From the NCBI GenBank assembly GCA_036745755.1, contig DAIOFM010000005.1, forward strand, positions 17,535 through 81,534: a stretch of DNA of 64,000 nt. Reading direction: 5' to 3'. Under the pieces are notes generated by a model. The model was not told the origin of the DNA. It did no database searches and saw only the letters and a program-made list of their open reading frames with translations. The stretch comes from Spirochaetota bacterium (GTDB taxonomy: Bacteria; Spirochaetota; UBA4802; UBA5550). Position numbers and translations under genes: made by a program. Positions 9,532 to 18,743 of the stretch are shown piece by piece. Within the stretch, counting starts at the first letter, position 1. Every line of letters begins with the position of its first letter.

Positions 9532-9542
9532 GGTCATTTTTT

Positions 9543-10133
9543 ATGATAGATGAAATGTATAATGTGATGGCGCGTATTAATGAAATACGGAACAGGTTCG
9601 GCCTTAGTAAAAAAAAGGAAGTTGAAATACCGTCAGAAAATAAAGTTTCAGGTCAGTCTTTTCAGCAGATGACTGATAACGCAATTAGTACAATGAAAGG
9701 TGAACTTAATATAGATAACGATGCGGAGCTCACACAAAAGGAGATAAACAGAATAGCTGATTATTATGCATCTAAAAAGAATATACCCGCGGGTCTTGTC
9801 CGTTCAATAATAAAGGCTGAATCGAATTATAATGTAGATGCCCTATCGCCTAAAGGAGCTATGGGTCTTATGCAGCTTATGCCTGAAACAGCTATGGGGA
9901 TGGGAATAGAGAATCCCTTTAATCCCGAACAGAATATTAAGGGGGGAGTAACTCTTCTTAAAGGTCTGCTGGATGATTATCACGGTGATTATAAACTGGC
10001 TCTTGCAGCGTATAATGCCGGAAAAGGTAATGTTGAACGTGCGGGAGGGGTCCCGGACTTCAGGGAAACTAAAGACTATGTGAAGAAGGTCATAGATTTT
10101 TATGTTTCCGATGAAGGAAAAATCAGTAAATAA
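9543..10133 (+). CDS. Lytic transglycosylase (SLT domain)
   Basis: IIKAESNYN (catalytic Glu), SPKGAMGLMQLMP, ALAAYNAG, ETKDYV; likely ATG at 9543 (ORF track GTG 9528). Confidence 0.92.
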   Translation: MIDEMYNVMARINEIRNRFGLSKKKEVEIPSENKVSGQSFQQMTDNAISTMKGELNIDNDAELTQKEINRIADYYASKKNIPAGLVRSIIKAESNYNVDALSPKGAMGLMQLMPETAMGMGIENPFNPEQNIKGGVTLLKGLLDDYHGDYKLALAAYNAGKGNVERAGGVPDFRETKDYVKKVIDFYVSDEGKISK

Positions 10134-10152
10134 AATTATGGAGTGAATATCA

Positions 10153-10746
10153 ATGGCTGTATCAGAAAAGTCCAAGATTATTTATCTTTTAATATTAATT
10201 GTATTTCTTGCCGGTCTGGGGATTTTCTGGCTCGATTATATTGATCTTGTTAATATATCAAAACATATAAGAGTTTTTAAAAGTGAACCGGCACTGGTTG
10301 TTGATGCTTCAGGGGATGAGCCTTCCTTAATTGAAAAAGAGGAGTTTGAAAAGGAAAAGGACAAAATCCTTGAACGTATTGAGGAACTGGACAAAAGGGA
10401 AGCACTGATTGCAGAACGTGAAAAGCAACTTGAATCTGAAAAAGATGAAATTGAACAGAAAAAGAAGGGACTTGAGCTTGAAAAGAAAAAACTTGAAGAT
10501 GAGAGGAAAAAGGATTCAGGTTACAGGAAAAATGTGCAGGTCCTTGCAAATAAAATGGCTAATATGCCTCCTGAAGAATCTGTAAAGATAATGGTCAACT
10601 GGGAAGATCCTTTGATTATTGATGTTTTAAGACAGATGGATGCTGATTCCGCTGCTGCGGGCAGGATGAGTATTACATCCTACCTGATAACACTTTTTCC
10701 CAAGGAGAAAGCAAGCAGAATAATGTATCTGATGACACAGCTTTAA
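10153..10746 (+). CDS. flbB: Periplasmic-flagellar collar protein FlbB-like
   Basis: N-terminal TM (FWLDYID), long charged coiled coil, C-terminal MPPEESVKIM...SITSYLITL...ASRIM; sits downstream of fliJ as in spirochete fla operons. Confidence 0.75.
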   Translation: MAVSEKSKIIYLLILIVFLAGLGIFWLDYIDLVNISKHIRVFKSEPALVVDASGDEPSLIEKEEFEKEKDKILERIEELDKREALIAEREKQLESEKDEIEQKKKGLELEKKKLEDERKKDSGYRKNVQVLANKMANMPPEESVKIMVNWEDPLIIDVLRQMDADSAAAGRMSITSYLITLFPKEKASRIMYLMTQL

Positions 10747-11342
10747 TTTTTAGACTGTTTACCTGATGAAAAATCATCTATAAGTGAAAGCAGTTCCTTG
10801 CGCCCGGCATTTGTTTTGGATGATGTTATAAATATAGAATCTGCGTTGATATTCAGAGTTTTACTTATATTGCTGATACTTTTTGAAAGTTCATTTTTTG
10901 ATAATTTGTCGCATTTTGTCAGTGTGATGGCTACGGGAATTTCGTTTTCAACAAGCAAATTAATTAAATCCTGTTCATAATCGCCGGGTGTTCTCCTGGC
11001 GTCAACAAGTAGAAAGGCCAGCCTGAGATTATCTCTTGAGGTTATGTAACTTTTTATCATTGGCGCAAATTGTTTTTTTATACTTTTTGGGAGTTTAGCG
11101 TAGCCGATCCCCGGAAGATCTGCAAAAGAGGTATTGTCATTAACAATAAAAAAATTAATTGTCTGGGTTACTCCGGGTCTGGAGCCTGTTTTAACAAGGT
11201 TTTTTTGACTCAAAAGCATGTTAAGGAGAGATGATTTTCCCACATTTGATCTGCCGAAAAAAGCAAATTCCGGATAGGCGTATTCAGGAAATTGTGAATT
11301 TTTAACGCAGCTTTTTAAAAAATATGCTTTTTTTATATTCAT
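10743..11342 (-). CDS. engB: Ribosome biogenesis GTPase YihA/YsxC
   Basis: GRSNVGKSSLLN, PGVTQTINFF, DLPGIGYAK, DARR, TKCDKL. Confidence 0.95.
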   Translation of the reverse strand: MNIKKAYFLKSCVKNSQFPEYAYPEFAFFGRSNVGKSSLLNMLLSQKNLVKTGSRPGVTQTINFFIVNDNTSFADLPGIGYAKLPKSIKKQFAPMIKSYITSRDNLRLAFLLVDARRTPGDYEQDLINLLVENEIPVAITLTKCDKLSKNELSKSISNISKTLNINADSIFITSSKTNAGRKELLSLIDDFSSGKQSKN

Positions 11343-11776
11343 GAAATATTCTTCTCCATAAGAATGGCGTCATCATCATTGTAATAATTTTTACGGGTAC
11401 CTGCTATCATGAAACCGTTTTTCAGATAAAAGTCTATCGCGTCAGTATTTTTTTTTCTTACCTCGATAAGTATTTTTGAAATATCATTTTTGAATTCATT
11501 AGAAATAAGACTGTTCAGCAGAATAGAACCTATTCCTTGTCTTCTGAAATTATTACTGACTGCAATGCTGTTAAGCTGTAATTCCCCTGCTACATACCAT
11601 GCAACGGCATATCCGGCAATAATATCTGAAACAATAGCAACAATAAACCGTGAGAAATTTCTTCCAAGTTCCTCAGTGAACTGGTTTAATGTCCAGGAAT
11701 TAATGCTTTCATGTTCAATTGTATAAATCTTTTCTAAATCGCTGAATTCAGCATTTCTAATGCAGATCTGTTCCAT
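11339..11776 (-). CDS. rimI: Ribosomal-protein-alanine N-acetyltransferase RimI-like
   Basis: IAVSNNFRRQGIGS, IEVRKKNTDAIDFYLKNGF...RKNYY...DAILM. Confidence 0.8.
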   Translation of the reverse strand: MEQICIRNAEFSDLEKIYTIEHESINSWTLNQFTEELGRNFSRFIVAIVSDIIAGYAVAWYVAGELQLNSIAVSNNFRRQGIGSILLNSLISNEFKNDISKILIEVRKKNTDAIDFYLKNGFMIAGTRKNYYNDDDAILMEKNIS

Positions 11777-11810
11777 GTTTTTTTCTAAAAAAGGGGGTCG
11801 GTTTTATCAA

Positions 11811-12302
11811 CTATTTTAAATAAAAATCAAGAAAGCATACATCGAAGGGTATATGGGGAAACTTTTTTATCGATACCTCATTGAAACCATAATCGATATA
11901 CCAGTTTTTCAGTATTTGGTTTTTATTCATTATACCAATTGAAATTTTATCACTACCAGCTGCTGACGCATATTTTACAGCAAAGTCCAGGATAGATTTA
12001 CCGTAACCATTATGCCTTTTTTCAGGAACTATGCAGAGACGTTCAAGATAGGAGCTGCGGGCTTTCTGAGCAAATTCGATGGCAAAGAATCCGCATGGGA
12101 TGTCATTTTCTATGACACCGAAGCATTGAGCTTTCTGCATAAGATCTTCAAGTTTTTCGATTGAAATAAACGCAGGGTTGGACGGAGAGTTTATTTCATT
12201 GAGGCCGAAATGATCAGCTACTGTTTTAAAAGAAAGTCTTATTATATTATGATAAGTTTTAAGCTGAATTGTATCTTTAATTTTATGGATCAAAGGAGTC
12301 AT
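11811..12302 (-). CDS. GNAT family N-acetyltransferase
   Basis: LERLCIVPEKRHNGYGKSIL, LKNWYIDYGF. Confidence 0.85.
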   Translation of the reverse strand: MTPLIHKIKDTIQLKTYHNIIRLSFKTVADHFGLNEINSPSNPAFISIEKLEDLMQKAQCFGVIENDIPCGFFAIEFAQKARSSYLERLCIVPEKRHNGYGKSILDFAVKYASAAGSDKISIGIMNKNQILKNWYIDYGFNEVSIKKFPHIPFDVCFLDFYLK

Positions 12303-12309
12303 TACATCG

Positions 12310-12675
12310 TTAGTTCGTCAGGTTTTCAATGCAATCTAGAAGTTCCTTGTGGGTAAAAGGTTTTTTAAGAGTTGCATCTGCTCCAAGATATTTAGCTGTA
12401 TTAAGGTAACTTTCAGAATCTATTCTTCCACCGCCTGAGATGGCAATGAGAATAATGTTCGGCATGGCTTTTTTAGCTTCGATAATAATTTCAATTCCGT
12501 CTTTATCAGGCATAATAATATCGGTTATCAAGATGTCGGGTTTGAATTCATCAACTTTTTTCATGAGATCAAGACAGCTGTCGATCGCCATGACCTGATA
12601 ATTATTCATTTCAAGAATTTCTTTAAGACTTTCGCGAATTACTATATCATCTTCAACAATTACGATTTTATTCAT
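12310..12675 (-). CDS. Single-domain response regulator (receiver)
   Basis: VIVEDD, ITDIIMPDKDG, ISGGG, LKKPF. Confidence 0.9.
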   Translation of the reverse strand: MNKIVIVEDDIVIRESLKEILEMNNYQVMAIDSCLDLMKKVDEFKPDILITDIIMPDKDGIEIIIEAKKAMPNIILIAISGGGRIDSESYLNTAKYLGADATLKKPFTHKELLDCIENLTN

Positions 12676-12904
12676 TATTTTATTTACCGGAAAATATTTA
12701 ATATAAATAGAATACTTCTTTTTTTTACAGTGTCAAGTAACTTATCTCCGGCACGAAAGACTCTTGCCTGTAATTATATGAAATGAACTATTGATCCAAA
12801 ATAAAAATTTTTCATTTTCAAGTCCATATTTTTTTTATATTTTAATTATTGATAAATTTTAGTTGATTTTTTAATAGCTGAAGAAATAATGCGACATAAC
12901 ATAG

Positions 12905-13399
12905 GTGTTTATGAACAGAATTATATTGATAATGACAATATGTTTTTCCCTTGTTACAGCAGGGGGATTGGTATTTGCCGGGGATTCAGCAGAAGAAACA
13001 AATCTAAAAAAAATTGCTGATGATATGAAATTCGGTAATGCAATGGAATTTTATAAACTCGAAAAATACAATCGTGCCTTGAATGAATTTTATGAGTATA
13101 TAGAAATATATTATGATGGTATTCATAGAAATGAAGCGTTTAGAAAAATTGCTGAAATACACATTAAAAATTTTAATTATAAGAAGGCAATAGAAGCTTA
13201 TAATCATCTTTATCAGGAATTTAGCGGAACAGATGAGGGACTTGATGCCTATTTTCAAACTGCAGTCTGTTATAAAAAAATGGGTTTTGATAATAAGGCT
13301 GAAGAAATTTTTAAATATATTATTGAAAATCATCGGGGTACGACAGCTGCTTACAATTCAGAAATACAGATTGAATTATTAAAAATGGAAAATGAGTAA
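12905..13399 (+). CDS. Exported TPR protein (BamD/CpoB-like repeats)
   Basis: Signal peptide then TPR-like helices (ALNEFYEYIEIY, AIEAYNHLYQEF, AYFQTAVCYKKMG). Confidence 0.7.
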   Translation: MFMNRIILIMTICFSLVTAGGLVFAGDSAEETNLKKIADDMKFGNAMEFYKLEKYNRALNEFYEYIEIYYDGIHRNEAFRKIAEIHIKNFNYKKAIEAYNHLYQEFSGTDEGLDAYFQTAVCYKKMGFDNKAEEIFKYIIENHRGTTAAYNSEIQIELLKMENE

Positions 13400-13595
13400 A
13401 ATATATTGACAAAAAACCAACCTGAATTAAATATGCCCTTCTAATTTCAGTTGTTTATTATTTTTTATTTCTTATATTTTTATCACTATTATCCAGCATA
13501 AGAGCGTAAATATATCAATCCGCATCAAAACTGGCTGAATAGTTAATTACTTCTAAAATTAATTGAACATTGATAAATTAAAGTGTGAGGTATAT

Positions 13596-15671
13596 ATGCC
13601 ATTACAGAAAATACGAAATATCGGTATAGCTGCGCATATCGACGCAGGCAAAACAACAACAACAGAGAGACTTCTGTTTTTTACCGGTGTTAACAGAAAA
13701 ATGGGCGAGGTCCATGACGGTGCTGCAACAATGGACTTTATGAAACAGGAACAGGAGAGAGGAATAACAATTGCCTCTGCTGCAATATCATGTATCTGGA
13801 AGGATTATGGAATAAACATTATTGATACTCCAGGGCACGTGGATTTTACTGTTGAAGTAGAACGTTCACTCAGAGTTATAGATGGGATGGTGGCGCTTTT
13901 CTGTGCCGTTTCAGGAGTCGAGCCGCAGAGTGAAACTGTATGGAATCAGGCTGACAGGTATAAAGTCCCGAGGATAGCCTTTGTTAACAAAATGGACAGG
14001 GTCGGTGCAGATTTCAGTGAGGTAATCGGTCAGATGGACAAGTATCTCGATGCTAATCCTGTACCATTTCATGTCCCCATGGGTGCCGAGGAGTTATTTG
14101 TGGGATCAATAGACGTTATTGAAAATAAAGCTTATATTTTCGAAGAATTTGAAAGAAAAGAGATCCCGGTACCTGAAGAGTATAAAGATCAAGTTTACGA
14201 AGCAAGGCAGACTGTAATTGAAAAGTTAGCTGATTATAATGAGGAGATAATGGACCTCTTTATCGAGGGAAAGGATATTGAAAACGATCTGCTTAAAAAG
14301 GCTGCGAGGGAAGCAACAATAAAAATGATGATTACCCCGGTTTTCTGCGGCTCTTCTTACAAAAATAAAGGCGTGCGTCTTCTTCTTGATGCGATAATTG
14401 ATTATCTTCCTTCGCCAATCGATATAGGAGCCGTTGTAGGTACCGATATTGACACTCCTGAAAAAACACACGCAAGGCATCCTTCAAAGAAAGATCCATT
14501 CGCGGCTCTTGCGTTTAAACTTATACACGATCCATATGTTGGCCAGCAGACCTTTATAAGAATATATTCCGGTGAGCTGAAAACCGGTATGCAGGTATAT
14601 AACTCAACCAAAGATAAAGAAGAGAGAATAGGAAGGATCCTCAGAATTCATGCTAATGAAAGGGAGGAGGTTGATGTAGCCGGCCCCGGTGATATCGTTG
14701 CGTTAATCGGAATGAAGTACACTAAAACAGGTGATACTATTTGCGATCCGTCACAGCCGCTTTATCTTGAATCGATTTTTATTCCACCTTCAGTAATCGA
14801 GTTGAAAATTACTCCTCCTACAAAGAAAGAGGAGGAAAAACTAGGTATTGCGCTTAGAAAGCTCTCAATGGAAGATCCTTCATTCCACGTTAGGTTTGAC
14901 GATGAAACTAATGAGACAATCATTTCAGGAATGGGAGAGCTTCATCTTGAAATTATTGTAGACAGGCTTAAACATGAATTTGGTGTAGAGGCGCAGGTTA
15001 GTGAACCTTCGGTTGCGTTTAGAGAAACCATCACGGCGGAACATGAAATAAATTACAAACATTCAAAACAGACTGGTGGTAAAGGGCAGTATGCTCATGT
15101 TGTTATGAGAATTGAGCCTAATGACGGAAACGGTTTTGAGTTTGTGGATCATATTAAGGGCGGGGCTATTCCTACTGAATATATCCCCTCTGTGCAGAAA
15201 GGTATTGAATCTGTAATGGAAGAGGGTGTAATTGCAGGTTTCCCGGTTGTTGATGTTAAAGCTGTTTTAATAGACGGTTCATACCATGAAGTTGATTCAT
15301 CAGATATGGCGTTCAGGCTTTGCGCTTCTGTTGCTTTTAAGCAGGCATTTATGAAATGTAATCCTATTCTGCTTGAGCCTGTTATGAAAATTGAAGTAAA
15401 TACACCTGATGATTATATTGGTGACGTAATAGGTGATATCAACAGAAGAAGAGGAAAAATCGAATCAATGAGAAGATATCGAAAAGGTTCTCAGAAACTT
15501 AACGGTTTTGTGCCTCTTATGGAAATGTTCGGTTATGCGACTCAGTTAAGAAATATAACAAGTGGAAGGGCCAATTACTCAATGGAATTCCATAAATATA
15601 TATCTCTTCCAAAAGATGTACAGGAAAAAGTACTGAAAAAAATTGAGGAAAAGAAGAAAGAGAATAAATAG
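13596..15671 (+). CDS. fusA: Elongation factor G (stand-alone copy)
   Basis: [29 protein letters not shown], domain [12 protein letters not shown]; likely ATG at 13596 after GAGG (ORF track TTG 13563); not flanked by rpsL/rpsG/tuf. Confidence 0.95.
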   Translation: MPLQKIRNIGIAAHIDAGKTTTTERLLFFTGVNRKMGEVHDGAATMDFMKQEQERGITIASAAISCIWKDYGINIIDTPGHVDFTVEVERSLRVIDGMVALFCAVSGVEPQSETVWNQADRYKVPRIAFVNKMDRVGADFSEVIGQMDKYLDANPVPFHVPMGAEELFVGSIDVIENKAYIFEEFERKEIPVPEEYKDQVYEARQTVIEKLADYNEEIMDLFIEGKDIENDLLKKAAREATIKMMITPVFCGSSYKNKGVRLLLDAIIDYLPSPIDIGAVVGTDIDTPEKTHARHPSKKDPFAALAFKLIHDPYVGQQTFIRIYSGELKTGMQVYNSTKDKEERIGRILRIHANEREEVDVAGPGDIVALIGMKYTKTGDTICDPSQPLYLESIFIPPSVIELKITPPTKKEEEKLGIALRKLSMEDPSFHVRFDDETNETIISGMGELHLEIIVDRLKHEFGVEAQVSEPSVAFRETITAEHEINYKHSKQTGGKGQYAHVVMRIEPNDGNGFEFVDHIKGGAIPTEYIPSVQKGIESVMEEGVIAGFPVVDVKAVLIDGSYHEVDSSDMAFRLCASVAFKQAFMKCNPILLEPVMKIEVNTPDDYIGDVIGDINRRRGKIESMRRYRKGSQKLNGFVPLMEMFGYATQLRNITSGRANYSMEFHKYISLPKDVQEKVLKKIEEKKKENK

Positions 15672-15701
15672 GCAATCTTTCAAAAAGATTATTCCCCCTT
15701 G

Positions 15702-15739
15702 TGGCCCGCACATAATTGATGATGCGGGCCATATTTTTA
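15702..15739 (+). terminator. Intrinsic terminator after fusA
   Basis: TGGCCCGCA / TGCGGGCCA 9-bp stem followed by TATTTTTA; lies between convergent genes. Confidence 0.75.
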
Positions 15740-16210
15740 TTATTTGAGGAGGGAGTCTATATCTTTTGTCCAGTATTTACCGCTTGCATTCTCTTCGTGA
15801 AAATAAATAAGGAATTTATGAATTCTCTTACATAGCTCCGGAGTTATATGGTGCTCAATTTTACAGGCCTCGGCTTCGGCCTTTTCTTTTGGAAGTTTTA
15901 ACACATTTGAAAAAAAATCGGCAAGACAGATATGTCTGCTTAAAACCCGTTCAGAGACTATGCTTCCTGTTTTGGTAAGTTCAATATAACCGTATTTTTC
16001 ATACTCTATCAGCCCCAGTTCTTTAAGCTTATTAAGTGCTGATGTAACACTTGGCATTTTGATTTTTAGTTCAGCAGCAATATCCCTGACCCTGACAACA
16101 CGATTGTTTTGGGAAAGAACAGCTATGGTTTCGATATAATCTTCCATATGGGGGGAGAGTTCTGTATCACCATAAAGCTCATCAATATCTATTGAATAAA
16201 TATCTAACAT
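15740..16210 (-). CDS. DtxR/MntR family metal-dependent transcriptional regulator
   Basis: MEDYIETI, VRVRDIAAELKIKMPSVT, YEKYGYIELT, RHICL, EACKIEHHI. Confidence 0.92.
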   Translation of the reverse strand: MLDIYSIDIDELYGDTELSPHMEDYIETIAVLSQNNRVVRVRDIAAELKIKMPSVTSALNKLKELGLIEYEKYGYIELTKTGSIVSERVLSRHICLADFFSNVLKLPKEKAEAEACKIEHHITPELCKRIHKFLIYFHEENASGKYWTKDIDSLLK

Positions 16211-16330
16211 TTATAAATTGCCGTTTTGTGAAGAATGAAATACTAAAATAGTATAGCTGATTAACAGGAGGTGTCAATTAAAAAAGATTTAAAATCCTTA
16301 TTGCAATAGAAATGCCTATAGTCATTTAAT

Positions 16331-17230
16331 TTAGTGTTCAAGTCTGAAATATCGTTTTTCTAGATGGTCGAGATCTTTTTTTACTATATTTTTTAGCGGA
16401 GAGTCTGCAAAATGTTTCTGACCTGAATCTGCTTTTTTCAGAAATGAACGGTAGAATTTTCTGGACATTTCATTGTCTTTCAGTATAGGGTCTCTTTCAT
16501 AAATTCTGGCAATCAGGTAATAGGCGTCATCTATAGTCTCGGAATTTTTATAATATCTTACTATTTTAAGTGCGGATTCAAGAGCCTGGTATCCCTTTCT
16601 GTTTTTAAGATATAGCTTGCCGGTTATCAGTATCGAATCGTCAGCAAGTTCATTTTCAGGAAATGTTGATGAAACTTTCTGATAAGTTTCTATAGCTGTA
16701 ACAATCTCTCCTTTTAGTCTTAATGCTTCTCCTTTGTAAAAAAGTGATGCCGGATATTCACCGGATTTTTCGTTTACAGCATCAAATTGTTTTATTGCGT
16801 TTTCATAGTCATATTTACGAATATAAATTTTACCAGTGTACATTCTCGCGCTATCAATAAACCTGCTTGAAGGATGATTTTTTATAATATCGTTAAACCT
16901 CGACAATGAGTGATCATACATCCTGCTTTCGAAAAGCTGAATGCCGGTTTTTAGAAGGATTTCATCTTTGCCGGACAGAGCGGTATTTTTTATTTCTTTC
17001 TCGTCATTCTGTTCGTTTTTATCTGGTTCAGTTTTATTGATCTCTTTTTGTTCGGAAGAAGGTACCTCTTCATTAGCTGTATCATTTTTTTTCAATTCAC
17101 CATTTTTTACTGCTGATTCGGTGTTAGATTCATTCAGGATACTGTTAATCATCTCTTCTGTTTTATGGAAATCTTTGGCATAAGAGTCAATAAACGAAAA
17201 TAATAGTATGATTAAAAATAGTCTTTTCAC
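16331..17230 (-). CDS. Exported TPR protein
   Basis: Signal peptide, charged linker, several TPRs (ARMYTGKIY, ASLFYKGEAL, DAYYLIARIY). Confidence 0.75.
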   Translation of the reverse strand: MKRLFLIILLFSFIDSYAKDFHKTEEMINSILNESNTESAVKNGELKKNDTANEEVPSSEQKEINKTEPDKNEQNDEKEIKNTALSGKDEILLKTGIQLFESRMYDHSLSRFNDIIKNHPSSRFIDSARMYTGKIYIRKYDYENAIKQFDAVNEKSGEYPASLFYKGEALRLKGEIVTAIETYQKVSSTFPENELADDSILITGKLYLKNRKGYQALESALKIVRYYKNSETIDDAYYLIARIYERDPILKDNEMSRKFYRSFLKKADSGQKHFADSPLKNIVKKDLDHLEKRYFRLEH

Positions 17231-17892
17231 TGGCTTATTATACCCGAATCCTTATTGTATATTTCAGGTTTGACTGTTTTATCTTTTTCAAGAATTCTCA
17301 CCGGTGACTTATCCTTTTCAGATTCAATTATTTTATTCTGATTTTCATTTTCGGTGTTCCTGTTTATTATAATGTCACCTTTATTCTCATCAGTCAAATT
17401 CTTTTCAAGTGGACGTACAGACTTCTCATTGTCAGTTTTGGTTCTGTTGAGGTCTTCGTCAATTGGGGTTTCAGATTTATACGGTTTTGTCATTATATCC
17501 GGTTCAGAAACCCTGTTATCTGAGTCTATAGGGGCCTTATCATATTGAGGTTTTAATTGTTCCCTTACCGGAAATTCTGCCTTCTCAAAGTTATTTATAT
17601 CTGATTCTTTAATAATTTCATTTTCAAGCATTTCAGAAAAGTCAGCGGATTCCTTTTCCCGGTTAAGGTCGATTTTAAAGGTATCGTTAACAAATTCGGC
17701 AAATGGGGCACTTCGTATTTTGGCAGATTTTTTACCCATATTAATTCCGATAATTATTCCTATAATGCACATGACAAAAATCGTGAAGAAAAACCCTCTT
17801 CGTATGTTCTGAATAGTCTGAAGACTTAATGAATCAATAAATCTGTTCAAAGCTATTATGAAAGATGAGATTGCCTGGACTATAGGGTTCAT
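17227..17892 (-). CDS. Hypothetical single-TM protein with long hydrophilic tail
   Basis: One hydrophobic segment (FFFTIFVMCIIGIIIGI) then a low-complexity D/E/K/N region; 4-nt overlap with the next gene. Confidence 0.6.
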   Translation of the reverse strand: MNPIVQAISSFIIALNRFIDSLSLQTIQNIRRGFFFTIFVMCIIGIIIGINMGKKSAKIRSAPFAEFVNDTFKIDLNREKESADFSEMLENEIIKESDINNFEKAEFPVREQLKPQYDKAPIDSDNRVSEPDIMTKPYKSETPIDEDLNRTKTDNEKSVRPLEKNLTDENKGDIIINRNTENENQNKIIESEKDKSPVRILEKDKTVKPEIYNKDSGIISQ

Positions 17893-17896
17893 TTAA

Positions 17897-18730
17897 TCAC
17901 CTGTCTATAATAAATATAACTCTGCATTTTTTTAAAAAATTAAGGTTAGTACTGTGGCTGTATATTCTTTTAATATCTTCGTCAGAAATTATGGGATTAC
18001 CATTGAGAGATTTAAGCGCAATTGAGTAAAAAGGGTGTTTGCCTGCTTTTTTATGCTTCCTGGCATCTCTATCGTTAAATACATATGAAACCGGCAGGTA
18101 TTTGACAGCACATTTACCGTAGATATTATTTTTACTGTATACAGCAAGACCTGTTTCACTTAAAACAGAAGGAAGAAGCATGGGCTTAATATTAAGGCCC
18201 CTTGTATCAATTATAAGTGATGTGTATTTTGTTGATATTTGAATATCATCTCTCAGGGGGAAATCATCTTCAGGAAATGTTATGCCCAATGTGTTAATAA
18301 TGTAACCGATATTCATTTGAAGTTCGCATGATGTTGCAAGATAGCCGGCCGGTTTTTCTCTGAATCTGGAGAATTCATGCAGATGGCGGGTAATGTTTTG
18401 TCTCACTTCCGGGGAGCTTAATATAAGATCATTCAGATTCGTTTTTGTATCAATTTTTAAATCTTTAATCGCAAGAACTGCATAATGAACGGCTTTATCT
18501 TTAGCCCTTGCGTAAGAAATATTCCTTGCTGATGAAATTGATATTCTGTTTCCCGTTTCATAGTCAACAGGGTTACCTTGGTCATCTATGTGATGTGTAT
18601 ATTTTCCATTTGAAACTATTTTTCCATTAATCCAGTCAAGCTGTCCCAGGCTGTTGCCGGAATTGACGGCATAAGAAGCTGAATAGATTATTAAAGCGGC
18701 CAGAGTGATTTTTAGTTTCATAATTTTCAT
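17897..18730 (-). CDS. Exported hypothetical protein, LPP20-family-like C-terminal domain
   Basis: Signal peptide; SLIIDTRGL..PMLLPSV....G..VY resembles the C-terminus of LPP20-type proteins (recalled, not searched). Confidence 0.5.
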   Translation of the reverse strand: MKIMKLKITLAALIIYSASYAVNSGNSLGQLDWINGKIVSNGKYTHHIDDQGNPVDYETGNRISISSARNISYARAKDKAVHYAVLAIKDLKIDTKTNLNDLILSSPEVRQNITRHLHEFSRFREKPAGYLATSCELQMNIGYIINTLGITFPEDDFPLRDDIQISTKYTSLIIDTRGLNIKPMLLPSVLSETGLAVYSKNNIYGKCAVKYLPVSYVFNDRDARKHKKAGKHPFYSIALKSLNGNPIISDEDIKRIYSHSTNLNFLKKCRVIFIIDR

Positions 18731-18743
18731 TTCATTATATATT

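Noticed and set aside
12741-12780. Weak resemblance (CTTA..CCG..CGAAAG) to the reverse complement of the dispersed hairpin element
   Set aside because: Flanks do not align; likely chance.
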